Assembly: GCA_019694135.1 (NCBI GenBank) | Contig: JAIBCM010000004.1 | Coordinates: forward strand, 65,364-129,363 | DNA from: Verrucomicrobiia bacterium | GTDB taxonomy: Bacteria; Verrucomicrobiota; Verrucomicrobiia; JADLBR01; JAIBCM01 | Length of the DNA stretch: 64,000 bases | Direction: 5' to 3' | Position numbers and translations under genes: made by a program | The notes under the pieces: model-generated | Seen by the model: only the letters and a program-made list of their open reading frames with translations | What the model was told of the DNA's origin: nothing | Database searches by the model: none | Shown: one piece after another, positions 58,390 to 64,000 of the stretch | How positions within the stretch are numbered: position 1 is the stretch's first letter | How the letters are laid out: each line of letters opens with the position of its first letter

Positions 58390-60161
58390 ATTTTTCTTGG
58401 ACAGAGCAAATGCGAAAGCGCGCAGTACTTACGATTAGTGGGTTGGTTTTTTTATTTACTGTTCTTTCATTGCGTTTGTTGGAAGTGCAGGTGGGAAAGC
58501 ATGATTATTATCTGGGTCGAGCGGCCGCAAATCATGCTTTTCGTAAAATGGTTTATGCTCGGCGCGGCGATATTCTGGATCGCAATGGCAATCTTTTGGC
58601 AACCAGTATTCCTTATAAAACGGTTCAAGTAGATCTTTTGCGTTTGCGACAAATCTTGCAGAAGAATCAGGAGATAAAAAACCCTAAAAAAAGAATGTCA
58701 TTGGAGCAAATCGCTCAGTCTCTTGCTCCATTTTTGGAGATGGATACGAACGAAATTTTGAAACGTTTGAATGATACTCGATCCCTTATTGTTTTGAAAA
58801 AGAAAGTAGAGCTTTCAGCCTGGGAAAAAATCGAGGCTTTACAATGGCCGGGTATTTTAGGTGTGGACGAATATCAACGTCGTTATCCCGAAGGGCGAAA
58901 TGCGAGTCATGTCTTGGGTTATGTCGATAGCGAAGGCAATGGCAAGGATGGCATTGAAGCTTCGATGGATCATTATTTAAAAGGCATTGATGGTTGGTAT
59001 GTTTCAGAGCATGATGCCAGTCGACACGAGATTCGCGCTTATCGTTCGCAAGACGCGCCAGTAAAAAATGGTTATTCCATTTCGCTCACATTGGATCAAA
59101 CCATTCAATATATTGTTGAGGAAGAGTTGGATAAGGCGATGACCAATTATTCGCCGGCAGCCGCTTATGCGATTGTGATGAGGCCAAAAACTGGTGAAAT
59201 TTTAGCGTTGGCCAATCGTCCCACTTATGATCCTAACGAACGAGCCAGTTTAACCTGGGAAGGTATGCGCAATCGGTGTGTGACGGATACCTTTGAACCG
59301 GGGTCGACCTTTAAAATTGTTACCACGGCTGCAACGCTCAATGAAGGATTGGTGACACTTGATACTCCGATTTTTTGTGAAAATGGTTTGTGGTTTTGGG
59401 CAGGTGTGCCTTTGCGAGATCATAGCAGTTATGGAACTTTGACTGTGGAACAAGTTTTACAAAAATCCAGCAATGTTGGTTTTGCTAAATTGGGTTTGAA
59501 GTTGGGTGAGACTTTGCTTTATCGCTACATTCGCGAATTTGGGTTTGGGCAAACGGTTTTAAATCAGATCATGCCAGGTGAACAAGTTGGCACATTGCGA
59601 CCTTTGGCAAAATGGTCAAAAATTTCTATTACTCGTGTTCCAATTGGTTATGAAGTGGCAGCAACACCTTTGCAAATGATTACTGCCATGTCAGCCATTG
59701 CCAATGATGGTGTGCTAATGAGACCCATGTTAATTCATGAGGTTTTGGATGAGGAGAGCAGTGTGGTGGCCCGTTATAGTCCACGAGTTGTTAAACAAAT
59801 TATTAGGCCGGAAATTGCGAAGCAGGTGATTAAAGCTTTATCATCAGTAGTTTCGCAAGAAGGCACAGCGGGCAAAGCGGCGGTAGAAGGATTTACTGTA
59901 GCGGGAAAAACAGGAACTTCACGCAAATGGGATAATGAAGCGAAAGAATATTCGCACAAACGGTATTTAGCTTCCTTCATTGGTTTTTTGCCAGCGCAAG
60001 ATCCGGAATTTGCTTTGCTAACGATTATTGATGAGCCTTCCAGTGGAGGAATTTATGGTGGTCAAGTGGCAGCGCCCGTTTTTTCCGCAATGGCTTCGCG
60101 CATTGCACGACATTTGGATCTGAGTCCTGAAACTTCTTTCTGGGAGGTGGCGAGCCGATGA
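58386..60161 (+). CDS. ftsI: Peptidoglycan D,D-transpeptidase FtsI (PBP3)
   Basis: N-terminal anchor and dimerisation domain, then transpeptidase motifs STFK (GSTFKIV), SSN (KSSNVGF) and KTG (AGKTGTS). Confidence 0.85.
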   Translation: MNFSWTEQMRKRAVLTISGLVFLFTVLSLRLLEVQVGKHDYYLGRAAANHAFRKMVYARRGDILDRNGNLLATSIPYKTVQVDLLRLRQILQKNQEIKNPKKRMSLEQIAQSLAPFLEMDTNEILKRLNDTRSLIVLKKKVELSAWEKIEALQWPGILGVDEYQRRYPEGRNASHVLGYVDSEGNGKDGIEASMDHYLKGIDGWYVSEHDASRHEIRAYRSQDAPVKNGYSISLTLDQTIQYIVEEELDKAMTNYSPAAAYAIVMRPKTGEILALANRPTYDPNERASLTWEGMRNRCVTDTFEPGSTFKIVTTAATLNEGLVTLDTPIFCENGLWFWAGVPLRDHSSYGTLTVEQVLQKSSNVGFAKLGLKLGETLLYRYIREFGFGQTVLNQIMPGEQVGTLRPLAKWSKISITRVPIGYEVAATPLQMITAMSAIANDGVLMRPMLIHEVLDEESSVVARYSPRVVKQIIRPEIAKQVIKALSSVVSQEGTAGKAAVEGFTVAGKTGTSRKWDNEAKEYSHKRYLASFIGFLPAQDPEFALLTIIDEPSSGGIYGGQVAAPVFSAMASRIARHLDLSPETSFWEVASR

Positions 60162-61624
60162 TGTTGCAAGATTTAATTCAGGAGGTGTCATCGGCCCGCC
60201 TTTTTGGTCAATCAGAAATTCAAGTAAAAGGGTTGGCTTATGATTCGCGTCGTGTGCAAAAGGGAGACCTTTTTTTTGCTTTATCAGGAAGCCAAAAACA
60301 AGGACGTGATTTTATTCAGGAGGCGATCAGTCATGGGGCAGTGGCAGTTGTTGGTGAAGAGAGTTTTGAAACAGAAGTAACTCGGATTGAAGTGGCGAAT
60401 GCCCGGATGGCTATGGCAAAAATCGCTCAACGATTTTTTGATTTTCCAGATCGTCAGTTGCAGGTGGTTGGGATTACGGGAACAAATGGCAAAACAACAA
60501 CGGCATTTTTGACAAAACATCTTTTGCAATCGATGGGCCTGCGTTGTGGATTAATCGGAACGGTGCGTTATGAGATTGGGGATCGAGTTGAGGCAGCGAC
60601 TCATACGACACCAGAATCGTGTGAGTTATATGCCTTATTACAAAAAATGGTGAGAGAAAACTGTCGTGCGGCTGTCATGGAGGTTTCTTCTCATGCACTG
60701 GATCAATATCGAGTAGGTGGAGTGGATTTTGATGTAGCGGTTTTTACTAATTTAACCCGTGATCATTTAGATTATCACTCGGAGATGGAATCTTATTTTT
60801 CGGCAAAGCAACGTTTGTTTGCCAATTTAGGACAACAACAAAAACCGGGTGCGATGGTGGTAAACGGAGATGATAAGCGCGGTCAAATATTGGTAAAAAA
60901 TTTTTTATTGAAATCTGATAGGAAGGTTGTCTTTGGCGAAATTGCTGGAGATTTACTATGGAGATTGTGCGGTTGGCATGAAAAGGGATGTTTGGCAGAA
61001 TTTGTTTATCGCAATCAACGCCGATCCGTGGCGTTGCCTTTGTTTGGAAAATTTAATATTGCCAATGCTGCTGCGGCAATGGGAGCAGGGTTGATGCTGG
61101 GTGGCGTTTTTGAAAAATTAGCACGAGCTTTAGAAAGTGCGCCATCTGTGCCAGGTCGTTTGGAAGCGGTGCCCAACACTCAAGGGTTTAAAGTTTTTGT
61201 GGATTATGCTCATACCGATGATGCATTAAGAAAAGCGTTGGAAACGTTGGCACAAGTGCCACATCGTCGTTTGATTACGGTGTTTGGTTGTGGTGGGAAT
61301 CGTGATCGAACGAAGCGTCCTTTGATGGGTGCGGTTGCGATGGAATTGAGTGATCGAGTTTATGTGACGTCGGATAATCCACGATTTGAAAAGCCAGAAG
61401 CTATTATTGAAGAAATTGTGGTTGGGTTGAAAGAGGACAATGATTTTGAAATTGTTGTTGATCGTGAAGAGGCGATTCGCGCAGCGCTTAATGAAGCGGG
61501 AACTGAAGATATTGTTTTGATCGCGGGTAAAGGACACGAAACGTATCAAGAAATTGAGGGCGTGCGTTATCCGTTTCATGATAGGGAAGTGGCACAAAAA
61601 ATTCTGGAGGAGGCATGCGAGTGA
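60158..61624 (+). CDS. murE: UDP-N-acetylmuramoyl-L-alanyl-D-glutamate--2,6-diaminopimelate ligase
   Basis: GITGTNGKTTT P-loop, and DNPR in the C-terminal domain (diaminopimelate-type specificity). Confidence 0.9.
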   Translation: MMLQDLIQEVSSARLFGQSEIQVKGLAYDSRRVQKGDLFFALSGSQKQGRDFIQEAISHGAVAVVGEESFETEVTRIEVANARMAMAKIAQRFFDFPDRQLQVVGITGTNGKTTTAFLTKHLLQSMGLRCGLIGTVRYEIGDRVEAATHTTPESCELYALLQKMVRENCRAAVMEVSSHALDQYRVGGVDFDVAVFTNLTRDHLDYHSEMESYFSAKQRLFANLGQQQKPGAMVVNGDDKRGQILVKNFLLKSDRKVVFGEIAGDLLWRLCGWHEKGCLAEFVYRNQRRSVALPLFGKFNIANAAAAMGAGLMLGGVFEKLARALESAPSVPGRLEAVPNTQGFKVFVDYAHTDDALRKALETLAQVPHRRLITVFGCGGNRDRTKRPLMGAVAMELSDRVYVTSDNPRFEKPEAIIEEIVVGLKEDNDFEIVVDREEAIRAALNEAGTEDIVLIAGKGHETYQEIEGVRYPFHDREVAQKILEEACE

Positions 61625-63009
61625 TGAAACTTTCGGAATTGATAGAGGTTTGGGACGATGCATTTTTGTTATCAGGACGAAATGTTTCGAGTGCCACTCA
61701 AGTTTTGGGTGTGAACACGGATTCGCGTCGAGTGATAAAAGGCGACTGTTTTTTTGCGCTGAAAGGAGAGCGTTACGATGCTCATGATTTTATTGAGGAA
61801 GTTATTGCACGGGGTGCTGTGACTGCTGTTGTGGAGCGCGATGTGAAAACACTAAAAGAGTTTCCATTAATTCGCGTCGATAACACCGTATTGGCATTAC
61901 AGCAGTTAGCGTCTTTTTATCGCGATAGTCTTAAGATTCCGATTGTAGCGGTAGCCGGAAGTAATGGTAAAACGAGTACGAAAGAATTAATTGCAGCGGC
62001 GTTAAGTTCACGATGGAATGCGGCAAAAACTTTGGGCAATTTAAATAATCATCTGGGTGTTCCATTGACGCTTTTGGGAATTGATCCTGAGCATGAGGCG
62101 GCAGTGGTGGAGTTAGGCACGAATCATCCTGGCGAAATTGCCTTTTTAACGAAATTGGTTAAGCCCACGGTGGGGGTGATTACTAATATTGGTTTGGAGC
62201 ATTTGGAATTTTTTAAAGATGAGGCAGGGGTTGCCAAGGAGGAGGGCGCTTTACTTGAGGGAATGGAAAATCAAGCGATCGCCATTTTGAATGCGGATGA
62301 TTCTTGGACGGAATCGTTGCGTGGTAGAGCAAAAGGAAAAGTTTTAACTGCTGGGTTTAGTGAATCGGCTGATGTTCGAGTGAGCAAATTGGAACAAAAT
62401 GATAAGGGGCAATCTTTTTGTGTGACTTTTCAAGATGATGAGAAAATTTTTGAATTACCCTTAGTGGGTCGACATTTGGCGGGAAATGCTGCTTTGGCTA
62501 TTGCTACGGGTTTATCGTTAGATTTTTCTTTAGCCGAGATGGCGGAGGGATTGAAGCGAGTGAGTTTACCTTCTGGAAGAATGAAGGTGTATGTTGCGAA
62601 AGGTGGCGGAAAAGTGATTGATGATTCTTATAATGCCAATCCTAGTTCCATGAAGGCAGCTTTGCATTATTTGGCTGGTTTATCAGGACGGCGAATTGCC
62701 GTGCTGGGAGATATGGGAGAGCTGGGTGAGGAGGCGAGTCAGTGGCATCGTTATGTGGGTCGAGAAGCGGCTCAACTTCCTTTGGATTTGGTGGTGGCGA
62801 TTGGGAGGGAAGCGGGAAATTATGCTCAGGGAACTGCTGGTAAGATAAAGGTTGAAACTTTTGTTGGGGTAGAAGAGGCTGTCGATTTTCTTAAAAAAAA
62901 TGTGGGTTCGAATGATGTGATCTTGGTTAAAGCGTCACGTTCAGCGCGATTAGAGCGAGTCGTGGAAGCGTTGGTAGGAAGCGTTACAGAAAGGGATCAC
63001 TCGTGTTAG
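61615..63009 (+). CDS. murF: UDP-N-acetylmuramoyl-tripeptide--D-alanyl-D-alanine ligase
   Basis: AVAGSNGKTSTKE P-loop and Mur ligase middle and C-terminal domains. Overlaps murE by 10 nt. Confidence 0.85.
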   Translation: MRVMKLSELIEVWDDAFLLSGRNVSSATQVLGVNTDSRRVIKGDCFFALKGERYDAHDFIEEVIARGAVTAVVERDVKTLKEFPLIRVDNTVLALQQLASFYRDSLKIPIVAVAGSNGKTSTKELIAAALSSRWNAAKTLGNLNNHLGVPLTLLGIDPEHEAAVVELGTNHPGEIAFLTKLVKPTVGVITNIGLEHLEFFKDEAGVAKEEGALLEGMENQAIAILNADDSWTESLRGRAKGKVLTAGFSESADVRVSKLEQNDKGQSFCVTFQDDEKIFELPLVGRHLAGNAALAIATGLSLDFSLAEMAEGLKRVSLPSGRMKVYVAKGGGKVIDDSYNANPSSMKAALHYLAGLSGRRIAVLGDMGELGEEASQWHRYVGREAAQLPLDLVVAIGREAGNYAQGTAGKIKVETFVGVEEAVDFLKKNVGSNDVILVKASRSARLERVVEALVGSVTERDHSC

Positions 63010-64000
63010 AATTATTACATCGTTATTCTGAAACGTTTGGTGCGTTTAACTTATTTCGTTACGTTTCTTTTCGAGCGCTAGGTGCGGCGACGACGGGTCT
63101 TTTATTTTGTTTGTTTTGTGGGCCTTGGATTATTCGTAAATTGACGGAGTTAAAATTAGGCCAACCGATTCGCACTAAAGAAGAGGTTCACCGTTTGGCT
63201 GAATTGCATGGTGGAAAAAGTGGAACGCCGACAATGGGAGGTGTGATGATTTTAGCGGCGGTGGTAATTGCGACTGTGTTGTGGGCACCGATTTTGAATC
63301 GGTTTGTTCTTTTGACTTTGTTTGCGATGCTAATTTTAGGCGGATTGGGATTTTGGGATGATTTGTTGAAAGTGAAACAGAAGAAATCGGCTGGAGTTCC
63401 AGGTCGAGTAAAACTTTTAGTGCAAATTGTGTTGGCAGTTGTGATCGGAGCCACTTTGTTAAGTGACGAAGCAACGAGTCAACAGGCGTCTCAGTTGGAA
63501 GTGCCATTTTTTAAAGAACCGATTTTAACGATGGGTTGGGGAGCTTTAGCTTTTTTTGCGCTGGTGTTAACGGGTTCTTCAAATGCGGTAAACTTAACGG
63601 ATGGGTTAGATGGTTTGGCCGCAGGATGCACAGTGATTGTGGCATTGGTATTTGGTATCTTTAGTTATGTGTCGGGCAATGTGAAATTGGCTGAGTATTT
63701 ATTTATGCCTTACACGGCTGGAACAGGGGAGTTGACGGTGATTGCTGCTGCGCTAGTGGGCGCGACTTTAGGGTTTTTATGGTTCAACTGTTATCCAGCC
63801 AAAGTTTTTATGGGTGACACCGGTTCTTTAGCGATCGGGGGAGCTTTAGGCACGATTGCGATTTGTATCAATCAAGAATTTTTATTGTTGGTTGTGGGTG
63901 GCGTATTTGTGATGGAAGCGCTTTCTGTGATTTTGCAAGTGGCCTCTTTTAAGCTTACGGGTCAAAGGATTTTTGCGATGGCGCCTCTTCATCATCATTT
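63003..64000 (+). CDS. mraY: Phospho-N-acetylmuramoyl-pentapeptide transferase MraY (3'-truncated by the window end)
   Basis: GTG start overlapping the murF stop. Contains GTPTMGG, FWDDLLKV, NAVNLTDGLDGLA and MGDTGSLA motifs. The ORF track does not list it because it runs off the window. Confidence 0.85.
   Translation, partial: MLELLHRYSETFGAFNLFRYVSFRALGAATTGLLFCLFCGPWIIRKLTELKLGQPIRTKEEVHRLAELHGGKSGTPTMGGVMILAAVVIATVLWAPILNRFVLLTLFAMLILGGLGFWDDLLKVKQKKSAGVPGRVKLLVQIVLAVVIGATLLSDEATSQQASQLEVPFFKEPILTMGWGALAFFALVLTGSSNAVNLTDGLDGLAAGCTVIVALVFGIFSYVSGNVKLAEYLFMPYTAGTGELTVIAAALVGATLGFLWFNCYPAKVFMGDTGSLAIGGALGTIAICINQEFLLLVVGGVFVMEALSVILQVASFKLTGQRIFAMAPLHHH

Noticed and set aside
1263-61697. 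Many 60-190 aa ORFs antisense to or nested inside long genes (e.g. 1263..1487, 4076..4300, 8632..9030, 26282..26851, 35280..35588, 57056..57529, 61226..61663)
   Set aside because: They sit inside ORFs with strong homology signals, have low-complexity or odd composition, and lack RBSs. I treat them as frame artefacts of the six-frame track.
1-64000. CRISPR arrays, transposases, integrases, prophage blocks
   Set aside because: I found no regularly spaced direct repeats and no transposase/integrase/recombinase-like ORFs, including beside the tRNA-Leu. The window reads as core chromosome.

Overview
This 64 kb window is a low-GC (about 40-43%), gene-dense stretch of a Gram-negative chromosome. 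A dcw cell-wall cluster, KDO/LPS and rhamnose genes, a type II secretion / type IV pilus-like ATPase set, and Opp permeases make it look PVC-like (Chlamydiae/Verrucomicrobia), but I cannot place it more precisely. Nearly all of it is coding. I see no CRISPR array, no transposase or integrase, and no rRNA. There is one tRNA, tRNA-Leu(UAA) on the minus strand at about 46.8 kb. The core genes I recognise are: a hybrid HK-REC-HK sensor kinase plus a REC-HK partner, ruvC, an AddAB-like helicase/nuclease pair, two tandem GspE/PilB ATPases with PilC, kdsA, purD, a three-domain LMW-PTP-RpiB-SHMT ORF, ispH, rmlA/rmlB/rmlD, folK, panB, sucC/sucD and a citrate synthase, RNase HIII, mutY, cspA, trxB, rpsU, a pseudouridine synthase, pgk, tpiA, secG, oppABC-like genes, ispB, and mraZ-rsmH-ftsL-ftsI-murE-murF-mraY. 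The observations I rate most worth follow-up are these. (1) An operon in which a complete CCA-adding enzyme/HD domain is fused to a C-terminal periplasmic sensor module with CHASE2-like topology, co-transcribed with a flippase-like membrane protein and a TIM-barrel isomerase. (2) A single ORF fusing an LMW phosphotyrosine phosphatase, RpiB and serine hydroxymethyltransferase. (3) A membrane-anchored alkaline-phosphatase homologue that appears to have lost its nucleophile and most metal ligands, encoded in the pilus/T2SS-like ATPase operon. (4) Two tandem paralogous secreted proteins with lysine-rich tails directly beside the tRNA-Leu. (5) A UvrD-type helicase with no nuclease domain paired with a large AddB-like protein that lacks a Walker A motif. 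All coordinates I derived by hand (starts that differ from the ORF track, the tRNA, hairpins) may be off by 1-2 nt.
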